From Emiliania huxleyi CCMP1516 (Eukaryota), in contig NW_005201732.1 in assembly GCF_000372725.1 (NCBI RefSeq), forward strand, positions 186,001-250,000: a stretch of 64,000 nucleotides of DNA. Direction: 5' to 3'. A program made the position numbers and the translations under genes. Below the pieces are notes generated by a model. The model did no database searches. It was given only the letters and a program-made list of their open reading frames with translations, and was not told the DNA's origin. This document shows, in pieces, positions 1-12,410 of the stretch. The first letter of the stretch is position 1, and the number at the start of each line of letters is the position of its first letter.

Positions 1-186
1 GTCTCTGGCATCCGCGAGTGGTTCCGGTGGTACAAGACGCCGGACGGGAAGCCGATCAACGCGTTCGGGCACGGCGAGAAGGCGCTCAGCGCCAAGGAGG
101 CCGTGCACGTCATCGAGGAGACCAACGGCTTCTACAAGGACCTGATGGCGGGCAAGGCGGACGCGGGCAAGCTGTGGACCAAGTGA
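1..186 (+). CDS. Soluble inorganic pyrophosphatase (family I, eukaryotic type), 3' end only
   Basis: Frame 1 from base 1 reads VSGIREWFRWYKTPDGKPINAFGHGEKALSAKEAVHVIEETNGFYKDL...WTK*. The WFRxYKxPDGKPxNxF motif is typical of family I PPases. Confidence 0.85.
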   Translation, partial: VSGIREWFRWYKTPDGKPINAFGHGEKALSAKEAVHVIEETNGFYKDLMAGKADAGKLWTK

Positions 187-770
187 ATTCTCTAGAGGAG
201 TACCCACCGCCGTACGCTAGGACGCCCCCTCTCGCGGGGACGCCTGAGACTCTGGCGCTCTGCTTCGCAGGGCCGCGGTTACGGCATGAGGAGAGCGACA
301 CTTTGGTTCCCGGCCTTTGTCGTCCGGCGCTCGCTTGCGCTTGGAAGGACTCGGCGCTCCCGGCCGGCCCGGCGGGTGAGAACTGCGATGGTGCGGACGG
401 GCGGGAGCTCAGAGCTTCGCTCGCGCCGCGGTGGCGCCCCGGCTAATGTTGTTAAAATGCATATATCAAATAAACTCTGTTGGCAAACGCCGCTTCGCCC
501 AGAGCACTGCACATGCAGTAGCCTCGGCGGCACGCCGGAAAGTCCGGGCTCCGCCTCCGCGCTCCGGCGGTGCGGCGGACCCCGCGCGCGCTGTGGACAC
601 GACAGTGGACGGCCCCGTGCCCGTCATCCGAGCCGACCGGACCGCACATCCGCTCACGGACACGTGCGGCGGAGCCGGAGGTATCGCGGCGGCCCTGCGT
701 GGGGCGCCGGACGCGGGAGAGACGAGGTGTCGCAGGACAAGACATCACACTGTGACACACAGGAGTCGGT

Positions 771-3375
771 TTAGCCAGCGAGCGCGGCAAGGCGCAAATC
801 GGACCGCAGCCGTGTGTCCAGCTCTGCGTACTTGTGAAGGGAGAGCTCGGTGTGTCGCTCGAGGCGCTGCTCGAGGATCTGAATGCGGAACATGGCCTCC
901 TGACAAAACGCCTCGTACTCCTCCTCCTCCCTCGGGTCCATGTGGTCGCGGTTGCGCTGGAAAGTCGTCTGGCGCTTGGAGAGCGCTGCATTCTCCTCGT
1001 CGAGGCGCGACTGCACAATGGTGGCGCGCTCCACGAGTCTGTCCTTGAGCGAACGCAAGCAGTCGTCGCGTACTCGCAGCGCCTCCTCGCGTGTGAGCGG
1101 CGGCGCCTCGGGCGACAGCTGCCTCGGCAGGAAGGGCGTGAGAAAATCGCGCGGCACCTCAGCCACCTCCTCCGTCTCGTCGTGCGAGAGCACAAGCTTG
1201 CTGCGCCCCGTGTCGTACGCCGAGACGGAGAGGTGCCGCGGGAGCGCAAAGTTGCCGTCACCAAAGACCTGTTCGTCCTCGTCCATCGCCTCCGCGATCA
1301 CCGCCTCCTCATCTGCGCGCCTCGTCAGCTCGTCCTTGGCCTGGCGGTCGGTCTCGCGCAGCTGTGTTAGGCTCTCTCGCTCCGCCTGCTGCAGCTGCGC
1401 GTACTCCTCCTGAAGCTCCGTGTCGGTCGGCGTCCTTGAAAAGGGGTCCACTTGCACGACCCTGTGGCCCTGCTTTGAGTATGTCCGCCAAGAGCGCGTG
1501 ACGCGGTCCTGGCCAAAGTGGTAGCGCACCTTGATGACGCCGTTGGCCAAGTCAAACGTCCGCTTAGCCACGTCAGCCTCCGCGTCGACTTCGTCCGTTC
1601 TGCGGTAGCGCTCCGTCATCTTTCGGACAGTCGGCCCCGACCCCGGCGACGCCTCCGCGTACGATGCGGTGCGCTGGGTGAGCGTGCTGCCGTCACCCGA
1701 GTAGGTGAGGGTTGTCTTGTCGCCAAACACCTCGGTGCGCGACATCAGGCCGTCGAGCCGGGCTCCGTCATAGTACCGGAACTCGCGGCGCGAGCCCTCG
1801 ATCGAGACGAGCTCGCGCAAGGCGCGGCTTCGGCCCGGCTCGAACGTCTCGACCGTCCGGCCCTCCCGCTGATTCACGGTTCGCGAGGACAGTTTGTCCT
1901 TGCGGTTGCGGTAGCTCTCGCGCACCTCGTACGCGTCCTCCATCTCGATGTCTGAAAAGATGGTCATCCTCTCCACAAGCCCGTCTTCGCGCGAATAAGG
2001 CGGGAACTGCTCCAGATGGGCCGTATGGTAGGTCGTCAGCCGCTGCGCGGCCGGGCAGCGGGCCTGCAGACGCTCGCGATCGAGGCGGATCCGGGCGGAC
2101 CAAGCGGGCGGCATGTCCATCCGTGTGCGGTCCGCCGCCAGAGCACTGGCCCCCGCCTCTACCCCCACCTTCTGCGGTGGCTCAGCGCCCGGTGTACCGG
2201 CTCTGCCCGCTGCCAGCTCCGCCGCGGCGAGCGTGGGGTCATCGTCATTGTCGTCGACCAGTTCGCTCTCCGATTCCGCCAGCAAACCCTCCCACTTGGC
2301 CGGCGCGGCGAGGTCGTAAGAAAGCTCCGCCGGGGGGAGCGGGCCTTGCAGGTTGACCCAATAGTTTGAAGTGTTCCACACGGACTCAATAGTGCGGTAG
2401 GGCGCGCTGCTGAGCGAGTAGCTCGACCCGGTAGTGGGCTCGAGGAAGAGCGACGCCTCCAGCATCCGCTTGCCAGCGAGCACGAGCACCCACGCATGCA
2501 CACGCCGCCCTTGCAGCTCATCCACCTGATGATCCTCATCAGCCGCTGGGAGGGCCGGTTCCGACTGGCCCTGGCCCTTTGGCGCTAGTGCAGTAGCATC
2601 TCCGTGGGCGGCGGCAGCGATCTCCGCCTCTCTCTGTTTGAGGAAATTCGAGGAGAGCGCCTTGCGGGGCCGCACCGCGTACTTCTTGGGGGGCGGACTC
2701 TCAGCAGGCGGCGCCGCTGGCGCAGGTCTGAGTGCTGGCAAGATGACCGAACTCTGATCGGCCAGGGCAACTGCCTTTGGGGCGTAGCCACTCACAACGT
2801 ATGCGTCATACCCGACACCGAGCAGCAACGAGCACAAAAGTTGCGCACAATCAAAGCTGTCGCCCGCCTGCCAGTCCATCACAGTGGCAGGCGAGGGCAG
2901 GATGGCTGGCAGCGAAGTGGGAAGATCCAGCGGCTCGTAGGCAATGAATTGCGCCACGAATCGTGCGCACTTGTCGTAGTCGTAGAGCTCAGTGTACGGC
3001 ACCTAAGCCGGGGAAGAGGCGGGTTGCTGAGCGATGTCGTGCAAAGAGACACGTCAAAGCAGGCCTCGCCTGGGTCGGACGCAGCGTCGTGCACACGAAC
3101 TTGCGACGGCCGCACTCGTTACATGGGGTGAGCATGAGCGGTGGGCGCTCTGGATGCAGCGACGAGAAGTGACGCACGAACTTGCCAACATACCTACCAT
3201 TCGCCGCCGACGTGTGAGCGGGGGCGCAGTACGATGAACCAAAGGTGGCAATCACGCACTCAAGCATGAGCTCCTCCTTGCGACTGTTGACCCGATACGC
3301 ATCCGGCATTTCCTCCACTCGGAGCTCGGCGAGCCGGGAGAGCTTCGCGTTGACAAGGTCGCCATCCTCCGCCAT
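771..3375 (-). CDS. DRC7: Dynein regulatory complex subunit 7 (CCDC135/FAP50-like), 3 exons
   Basis: N-terminal NECGRRKFVCTTLRPT, transglutaminase-like GDSFDCAQLLCSLLLGVGYDAYVVSGYA and HAWVLV, and a C-terminal coiled coil ending EAMFRIQILEQRL. Introns at about 3194-3259 (GT-AG) and 3003-3069 (GC-AG) join the ORFs. Confidence 0.85.
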
Positions 3376-3554
3376 GACTGCGCCGGGCCGCGTAACGACT
3401 GAGGACGAGGTTTCGCTCGAAAAGAAAGAAAATGCGTGCGCTCTCTTTTCTTGAAGTTTTTTCTACAACCCAACAATACACCTAGACAACCCGTCTAATC
3501 AATTCACGGCGCACGCCGAAACGCGGCCGTCCCTGCGCCCCGTCGGTCGTCGAC

Positions 3555-5085
3555 ATGTCCGTCGCTCCAGGGGCGTTGTATGCCGGCAGCACGTCTGTCT
3601 ACCTGCGATCTACCATGAGCATAGAAGAGCAGAGGAAGCAGAAGCAGGCATCCCAGGCATTGCAGAAGAAGCAAGGCCTGGTTCCTGTTAATCCCGACCC
3701 AAGCGGGGATGGGCGGGTCAAGCCAGATGGGACGGGGCAGGAATACTTGGCATTCGACGTCCACGAGCAGCATTTGCCCGGTGGCGGAGGTAACTGCATG
3801 TCGAGCTATCTCATCGAGAGATACAGGTGGAAGAAGGAAGCCCTCAGTACGCTACACGCCAGCGTTGGCCTTGCACCGGGCGCCAACGAACGCGGCATCT
3901 TTGAGGACGCGTGGAACTCAGCCGGTGACATGGCGAACGCAGCTGGCGACGCTATTATCAACGCGATCATACCGCAACTCGAGGGCTTTATTAATTCGAT
4001 GTTTGGCGTGGTGCACTAAACGCGCCAGGCCAAAGCAACACCGCGGGCGGGATGTGCTCTCCGACGCGCCTCCCTCTCCCCGCCTTAGCTATGCTCGAGC
4101 GACATCCTGAGCAAAGCCATCAACAGCGCCGTAGCGGTGCACCAACCGCCACGGGGGGGGCGCCGACTGTGAAAGGAGACTCAGCCCGACAGTGCAAAGT
4201 AGGAGAGCCAGACGACGGGGACTCCGATCCAGGTCCCGAGTCCAGTCGGGACGGTGAGCTCTTGGCATTGACGCGTGCCAGGCGACCGCCTCTCAACCCC
4301 CCCCCCCCCGCCCCCTGCCCAGATGACACTCTCATTCAGCTTCGCCGACGGTGCATCGGCAGCAGACGGTGAAGTTGTTGGCCACATCAATGAGATTAAG
4401 GTTGGCGGGGTCGGGATCACGCCGGAGTCTGTCACGGCGGCAATGTGTCAGTCGGGCCCGCTCCGGATGTCCCTCTTACTCAGCAGCGTCGCCTTTACGA
4501 CAGACCCGGACATGCGCCTCAGTGGCAAGCTCATGAACTTCTTGCCCGTGCTCTCCGCCTCCGAGTTCATGGTGGGCTTTGCCGACATCGAGGCGTGTCT
4601 GCGCCGCATCCGCCGCCGCCGCACACCGGCGCTCTCTTTACGCAGACAGCACCTCGGCAGGTTGTCGCGTGGTGGATGCCATACGGCGGCGACGGGGAGG
4701 CAGGCGCCAACGACCTCAACCTGAGAATCTCGAAGATGAGCATCGCCAAGGTTTGTGCAGCGTCCTAGCGAGGTCTCTAGCCCCCAAAACCTCAGCGTTG
4801 GCCGTTGCGGTTGCTCCCACGGCAGGCTGACGGAGATTTCAAGGTGTGTGTCGTCGGCGGGACGCCGTGCATGGCGCCGTGCTTCCCAGTCAAACTGGGT
4901 GAGTGCCACCTTCCCGGCCCTCTAGGTCTGCGATGGCTCGGCCTCGCAGCACCCTTATTCCTCGCCCGCTACCCGACCTGCTCGCAGGCGAAGGCGCAAA
5001 GGTTGGCCTCGGAGGCGACGAGAACACGCCACACGTCGTCATCCCTAACCCCCTCAGCTGGATGGAGGGCGCCTTCCCGTTTTGA
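3555..5085 (+). CDS. Hypothetical protein, probably multi-exon
   Basis: Protein-like ORF segments at 3555-4019, about 4323-4590, 4661-4750 and 4990-5085, separated by C-rich intron-like tracts ending in CAG. No family recognised. Confidence 0.35.
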
Positions 5086-5583
5086 AGCTGCACCGGTCCG
5101 CACTGTGCCGGTGAGGACTGCCACACCGCGCTGCAATATATGATCGCGGCGCCCCCGCCACCGCCAGGCCCGTCTTTGTCTCGTCGCGACCCAACCAAAG
5201 GACTCGCCCACACTCCCCACTCGCGTCGATTATTGCGCGGAGTGCGGAGCGCGCCGCTCCCGCTGCCACGTGTGAGCTGGCCATTGGCATTATTCTTTGT
5301 TGTGCGCTTGCGGCTTGGCGGCGCGTTGCGCTTATTTTTGCGGGCCGGGGCCGCGCTCGAAACAGTACTTGAACACAGAGTCACACACGGTCTCGGTCAC
5401 GCGCGCGACCAGCTGCGGACCTCTCACGGTCCCTCCGGATTTTAACTCCTATTTTTCGCCGAGCAGTTTTGGTTTACTAGAAGATAATCGTGGAGCACAC
5501 GTTGACTGCAAGGCTGTCAGCGCGTGCTCTGATTTATTCTCTCTTTTAGCTACTGGCACGTGGCAGCGCGCGCAATGCCACGT

Positions 5584-6210
5584 CTATGAGATGGTGATCG
5601 GGTTCTTCTTCACCACGAGATCGACCTTCATGGAAACCTCCGGGTGCAGCTTCAGATCTGCGGAGTAGGTGCCAAGCTCCGAGATTGATGGCAGCGCGAT
5701 GTTCTGCTTGTCAAGCTTCACGTTTGCGCGCTGATCAATGAGGCTGGCCACGTCCTGAGCCGTCACTGAGCCGTGCAGCTTGCCGTTCGGCCCGACCTGG
5801 CACTCGATGAAGAGTCCGTTCTTGCCGAAGGTCTGCGCGAGCGAGGCCTTGCACTCGACGGCGGCCTTCTTCGCCTCGGCCGCTGCCGCTGCAGCCGCCG
5901 CCGCCTCCTCTGCCACGCGCGCAATCACCTCCTTCGACGCGATGTTTCCCAGGCCCTTGGACACGAGAAAGTTCTCTGCGTACGCAGGCTTGACGTCCAC
6001 CAGCTCACCCGCCTTGCCCAGCCCCTTGACGTCGCCGGTCAGCAGCACCTTCACCGCCTTTGCAGCCTTGGCCTTGCCCTTCATGAGCGGCACAGGACTC
6101 CGCACCGGCGCGGCGATGGCAGCGCGCGCAGCTGGCTGCAGCGGCCGCGGCTCCAGCAGCAGCGCATAGGCGAGGCAGCAGAGCGCGAAAGCGGAGAGGC
6201 GGTGGATCAT
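5584..6210 (-). CDS. rpl9: Plastid-targeted 50S ribosomal protein L9
   Basis: Signal peptide plus transit-like leader, then VKVLLTGDVKGLGKAGELVDVKPAYAENFL, GKLHGSVT and LGTYSADLKLHPEV (bL9 N- and C-domains). Confidence 0.92.
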   Translation of the reverse strand: MIHRLSAFALCCLAYALLLEPRPLQPAARAAIAAPVRSPVPLMKGKAKAAKAVKVLLTGDVKGLGKAGELVDVKPAYAENFLVSKGLGNIASKEVIARVAEEAAAAAAAAAEAKKAAVECKASLAQTFGKNGLFIECQVGPNGKLHGSVTAQDVASLIDQRANVKLDKQNIALPSISELGTYSADLKLHPEVSMKVDLVVKKNPITIS

Positions 6211-6473
6211 ATGTTCTATGTGTCCTCGCGAGCTTGAGCTTGGCTCGCGAGCTTGAGAGGTCCTTTCCTCGAACAGTGATTGCTGGCGAATGCCGTTTTT
6301 TTTTTGGTTCTCGCGAGCACCCTCGCATACCCTTTCTTCGGCCTAGGGCCAAGCCTCCGGTCCCGTGCCGCCCACATGTTGCCCGACTTGGATGCCTGAG
6401 GCACAGCTGTGGCCGGTAGTGCACGAAAAACGAGAAAACAGGCATTTTCGATTTCGCCGACTTTGCCCATTAA

Positions 6474-6641
6474 CCCTCGTACGCAGATATGACAAAATAC
6501 GTCTTTTCATAGCGCCGCGCCCTGGTCTGGACACCAGATCGCCCCCCCCCGCCCCTAACATTAGCCTCCCAGCCGCGCTGTCGGCCATAATGTTAGGGGC
6601 GGGGGGGGCCAAAATCACTCAAACCCATCTGCGTACGAGGG
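6474..6641. mobile_element. piggyBac-like MITE (168 bp)
   Basis: TTAA|CCCTCGTACGCAGAT ... ATCTGCGTACGAGGG|TTAA: a perfect 15-bp TIR with TTAA on both sides. There is also an internal inverted pair GCCCC..GCCCCTAACATTA / TAATGTTAGGGGC..GGGGC. Confidence 0.85.
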
Positions 6642-7120
6642 TTAAGATAACTTACGAGCCCCCCCCCGGAACACGCCCGCGGAACAGTCCTCAGCGACCT
6701 TGCAAAGCGAGCCGCGCCTGCGCGTCCACGCCCATTTGCGCACGCGGGACCTATGTGAAGCGAGGGCATCACGCATGATCCGTCCTGACCCGATGCATTT
6801 TGGACTGTCCAAAATCAGCCCCTCTGGGCTTGCGCTCCATGATCCGAGGCGCTGAAGCCCGCTCGACGAGGTTTGCGTCTCGAGCTTTGCGTGGGACGCT
6901 CTGCGCGGGGACGTGATGACGATCGCCGTGCTGCAAAGAATTTGATGTTGCGCATGTTTCTGTGCTCACAACCAGTGATCACCCACTCCTCTCAAGCAAC
7001 GCGACTCCTCTCATTTGAGGGTTTGATCCGCAGAAGGGGCGCAACCTTGTCGCAAAATCTGGCAACGGATCCGCGCAGAGCAGACGGCAACGGCTGGCAA
7101 CGGGCCTCAGACCTGGTGGT

Positions 7121-7518
7121 CAGGGGTGCCGCAGTCTGCTCCAGTCTGCTCCAGTCTGCTCCAGTCTGAAGCAGTCTGAAGCAGTCTGAAGCAGTCTGAA
7201 GCAGTCTGAGGAAGTCTGAAGCAGTCTGAGGCAGTCTGATGCAATCTAGCGGAGTCTGACGCAGTCTAGCGCAGTCTGGCGAGGGACCAGGGAGCAAGCA
7301 CGAGAGTGTGGGTCGGTCGGAGCGCATGCCTCCAGTCTGGCGCAGTCTGGTGCAGTCTGAGGTGCAGTCTGAACATGTGTCAGACTGCGCCAGACTGCGT
7401 CAGACTCCGGCGGACTGTGTCAGACTGTGCTCCCCCAGTCTGAGCAGTAGTCTGAAGCAGTCTGATGCAGTCTGACCCAGTCTGAAAACTTCACAGACTG
7501 CTTCAGTCTTAGACTGCA
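7121..7518. repeat. Degenerate CAGTCTG/CAGACTG short tandem array in both orientations (probable transposon subterminal repeats)
   Basis: Many copies of a ~10-bp GCAGTCTGAA-type unit that switch to CAGACTG near 7380. Starts after CAGGGGTG. No matching right terminus found. Confidence 0.65.
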
Positions 7519-7899
7519 AGTGGGAATAACCTTTTGTTTCAGAATTCTTCTCGGCAGGCTGAGCACGGAGACAACGGGCCAGCTGCAGCCCTCGACGCCC
7601 GCAGGCCTCGCCCGCGCGTTCGCCCTCCCTCCGGCCCGGGCCCGCCCCCTCTCGCTCCTGCGGTCTCCCGCGCCACACAGCCATCGCGCGAGGACCGTCT
7701 GAGGGATGGTTTGCACCTCCTTCACAAGGCGCCTCGCCGTGGCACTTGTTGTGTGTGCGCGTGCGACGGCGGACGAGATTGCCCGCGCGCCTCGCCCGCG
7801 CGTCCGCCCTCCCTCCGGCCCCGGCCCGCACTTGTCGACTAGCCTCCTGTCACCCCTCCTGTCTGTGTGCAGGGTCGCCGAAGAGGCACCTGTACGTGC

Positions 7900-8700
7900 C
7901 GGCATGGACAGCGCGCGCGCTGTCTACCGTCGCCGTCCCCGAGGCGGCGGCGATAATCGCTGGTCCTCTCCGGAGCGGCGTCGAGCTTCTCGTCCGGCGC
8001 GGGCGCCACGTCGCTCTATCGCGTCTGCGCACGTGGGCATGGTGGGTTTGGCCCGCCGAGTGCGGTCCGAGGCGCCGACGTGCCGTTTGCCAGTCATTGA
8101 CCTCGACGCGGCAGTGGCGGGCTCGGCGGCGGCCGCCTCGATGCTTCGGCTGGGGTATTCGGGCTTGCCGGAGCCCGAGCTCGCTTTCGACGCCGGCCGG
8201 CCACGCGTGCTACGGCTGGCCGAGACGCCCGGCTCAATCAGCGGGCCTGTTTGGATGCACTTCGACGCGCGCGGCGCCGTGAACCTTCGGATCGTGCTCA
8301 GGCCGAGAAGAGCTCCCCGCCCGCGGACGGCGAGGTCGAGCTGCACGTGCGAGGTCGCGTGCGAGCTGCGCGTGCGCGACGTGCTCAACGTCCTCGGCGT
8401 GTACCCCGGCGACCCCGGTCCTCCCGGCAGCGATTGCGCTGCAGACGTGGCTCGCTGCGTCGGCGGCGCACCGCGCCTGCGCGTGGGCGACGCTGTGCTC
8501 GGCCATGGACTGGCGGCGCTGGCGTCGTTTGCGCGGAGCGACTCGCGGCTGATGGCAGCGATCAACGACTCGCTGACGGCTGCTTGTACGATATCGGCAA
8601 GCGCGCGGTGTGGAGTGCGGAGCGGCTGCGGAGCGCGTCGCTTGCGCGCTACGTGGCGAGCGCGCTCGACAGCACGATCGAGCAGGCGCCGGTGTGGATG
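7900..8700 (+). pseudogene. Degenerate type I polyketide synthase fragment (structural KR subdomain + enoyl reductase N-terminus)
   Basis: GMVGLARRVRSE...VIDLD...EPELAF...RL, then RDVLNVLGVYPGDPGPPGSDCA and LRVGDAVLG, matching the PKS ER motif LNFRDVL..LG.YPG. Indels are present and no other PKS domains are nearby. Confidence 0.7.
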
Positions 8701-10161
8701 CGGGGCAAACTCCAGCGGTTCTATCTATTTTGGGGGAAGTAACATCGCGGAGATGGTACTTGTTCATAACGCTGCGCGTTGTAATAACCAGAGTGTTAAC
8801 CAGCATGGCGATGGGGTCCACCAGAGACTCGGCCGCCATTGGCCGAACACCAAGAGCTCCAGGCCGCTCGCTATAAGCTGATTCGTGATTGGCTAGACGC
8901 GAGCGGCCTCCTACCTGAACCTCCATGGGCGATGGGGGGCTGTTGGCACAGACAGAGGGCGGTGTCAATCACGCTCCCGGGACGCCGGAGAGATCGGGTT
9001 GGTCTCCCCCGCCTTCAGCCCTGACCCGACGGGATACGGGTACTCCTCGTGGTCCTCGACTCCACCAACCACCCATCCAACCCTGGCGCCCAGAGTGCAG
9101 AGAGAGACTACAATGGTCGATGCTGTCTTAAGGTCTGACCTGTGGGCACTGCCTGCGCTCGGCACCGGGCACCGCCTCGGTATAGAAAATGCGCCTGCGG
9201 GCGGACCCTCACCGATCACAGATCATAGATCGGAGGTCACCCTCCCCCACCCTGGCGATCCCGCCTAAATCAGAGCCATCCTGGCTGAAGCCAGGCGAAG
9301 TCCAGGGCGACGACTCGAGAGAGCGCCGCCCGGCCGCCCGCCTCGTGCCAGGAGACGCAGCTGCCGGCTCGCCGTCGCGCGTCCGAGTCTCTGACGCCAA
9401 CGGTACGACGCCGCCGCATCGCACCTCGCCTCTTGCTAGCAGCGTCGCTAGCACGGCCCTCCGACCCCGCCGAGCCAGCTGGCACGCTCCGCCGACGGCA
9501 ATATCCGGCCAACGCAAACGCCATCCGCTCTCCCGGTAGAGAGAGAGACGCATCACACGGTGAGGCTCCTCTGATTCTCCGCTCGTATGGGCTGCCGCGA
9601 AGGGATCGCTGGTGGGACTGCCGTGCCTTCCACCTCTCACTGTGAGAGCGCGAGACAGCCCGAGCCCTGCCACACCTCCACCCCACGGCATTGCACACCA
9701 TGATATCGAGGACAGCCGCGAGGATCGGGCCACCTGCGCTCGATGCGAGCCAAGGATCGCCCATTAATCGGTTCTAGCTCGCAAATTAGGTACTGTCTAC
9801 GCTGCGGCTACTGTGTACGAGTGCGAGATGGTAGGGAGGCCACGTACCGTGCACGCTGCTGCATCAGAGTGGTGCCGTTTGCGACTTTAGGTCGCAAGCA
9901 GCGGTCTTGGAGAGCAGAGGCCTACCCTCTCGACGAGGTCTCGCCAGTATATTACATAGCGCACCCACTCTCTGCTGCCGCCTCTCCTCTCCCACTAGCC
10001 GCACTGTCGCCTCTCCTCTCCCACCCGCCGCACTGCCGACGACACTCGCTGGACACTCGCCAGCGCCGCACGCCCGGCTGCTTACCACAAACACGTCCCG
10101 CGACGTGGGGCACACGGCAAGTGATGTCGGAACGGCGCACCGTCCGTCGTGCAGGTAGAAG

Positions 10162-12369
10162 ATGGGAGGGGCGGACGGCACGCCGATCGCCAAGAGCGCT
10201 GCGACCAACATCAGCCTGATGGGAGGCCAGTGGCGACACACCGTCGTCCTCGCGGATGCGTCGTTGCTCTCACACTCCGTCGTGTGCAGATCCAACATCG
10301 AAGCCTGCTGCAAGTGGTTTTATGGAGACGCGAGCGGGTTGGTCAAAGCTTTTCTTCGCACCGTGCGCTGCTGCGCGGCTTGGGCGTGCCAGCTCGTCCT
10401 GCTCTTCGAGGGCGTCATCGAAGGCGGCGCCAGCGACGACGCCGATACACCCCCGATGCGCGAGCAGCAGCGGCGCGCGGATGTTGTGGCGGCGGCGCGC
10501 GAGCTGCTCGCCTCGACGGGAGCGGGTAGCTCGCCGCAGCTGCTGGCGGCCGCCAAGGCAGACAAGAAGGTCCGCAACGCGGTCCTCGCCTGCTCACACG
10601 GGCGTCCGCTGAAGCAAGCGCTGCTTCGAGCGCTGCTTGGGGAGACGCGTGCCGGCAGCATCTGCGTGGAGGTGCTTGTGGCGCGCCCGGGCGTGGAAAA
10701 CGATCACCTGGGGGCGATGCTGTGCTCGCAGCTCATCGCGTCGGGGAAGCCCGCCGCCGTCCTCTTCCGAGACGGCGACATGTTCACCTACAGTGTGCCC
10801 GTCGTCTTCCCGGACCACAGCAAGGTGAGGAGGTGGTCTAGCACGGGGCAGATGCTGCTGCACGACCTGAGCAAGATCTCCGCGACGCGACCGCAGCTCA
10901 GCGAACCGAGTAAAACGCTGCACGAGCTCGCCGGCAAGTATGGAGCGATCGTCATCGGTCTGATCCTCGCCATCAGCGGCAGCAACGACGCGGCGCTTGA
11001 CAAAGGCTATCGCGGCGTCGGCTGGAAGCGGCTCGCCGACGTGGCTCGAGTGCTCGACTGCGCCGGCGTCTTCTCACAGCCGGACCGGAGTCTTCACTCG
11101 ATCGCAACGGCGGCTGTCACGGCGATCGATCGTGCGATCGCGGAGGGCAAACTCGGCTGCGGCAGCCGCGTGCGCCGGCAGTCCAGGACTGCCCCTGTCG
11201 CCACCGGAGGCTCGGCCGACGACGGGAGCGGCTCGGAGAGCGAGGAGGAGGGCGGCGGCGAGGAGGGCGACGTGAGCGCGTCGGGCACCGACGAGAGAGA
11301 GGCGGAGAACGGGGAGGGCGAGGCGGGCGACGAGGGCGAGGGGGAGGGCGATGATCTGAGGCTCGGCGTGGCGCAGAGCAGCGAAGAGGCCGTGGTGGAC
11401 GTCGAACGTGGCCTCGTCGCCTTTTACGGACGGGGAGCGGGCGGTGAGCTCACCGTGGCCGAGACGGATCTGCCGTGGAAGGCGCCCGCCGCCGTGGTCG
11501 GCGGCGGCGGGGCTGGCGTCGGCGGGGGCGAGGGTGAGGGCGGCGGCGGGGATGGCGAGGGAGGTGGCGGCGGAGCTGGCGGCGGCGGGGGCGACGACGC
11601 GGACGCCGCCGAGGCGCGGCAGGGCGACTCGCCCGGCGAGCACGGTGAGGACGTTGCCGAGGGCTCGCCCGAGACGGCCTTTGAGCAGCAAGTTGATGTG
11701 CAGCGACGGCGCACGGCCGACCTCAAGACCCTGGACGGCATCCGCAACTTCGTCGACCACACCTCCTTCTGCCCCGACGACGTGGTGCGGAGAACGCTGC
11801 TCGAGTGGATCACGCTGCTCTTCGACCCCCGACTCGGACTGCAGGAGCGCATTGCTCAGTACGGAGTGGTTGTGCCCTACATCGGTCGTGATGCCCAGTC
11901 TGCCCGCGTCGTCGTTCTGCTGCATTACCCGGGGGAGAGCCATGCGCATGACTGGCCGTTCCTCGGCGGCTTCTCCACCTCGGCGACGATCGACCTGCTG
12001 GCGCGCGTGGCGCCGGAGCTCGCGGGCTACAGCGCTGCAGAGGCGATGAACGCGCTCGTGGTCGTCGACTCGCAGCTCGTCGCGCTGCCGCGGCCCGTGC
12101 GCAGCGACGAGGCCGGCTGCAGCCCCGACTACGCGATCAGCAGCGTGCGCCTGAGCGCGCAGGAGCAGCAAGATGGCGGGCAGGCCGCCGCCGACCTGGA
12201 CGCGCTGCTCGAGGCTCTCGCGGCCAAGCGTGAAGCCTTCCTCCACGCCGTCATGACCTGGCTAGCGGGATGCGCACCGGCGTCGCCCCCTGATCTGTGT
12301 GGTGATGGTGCCGCGCAGCCCAGCACCACCCGCCCCGCCCTCGGCAGCATCAGCGCAAACGCTGCTCAG

Positions 12370-12410
<41 letters not shown>

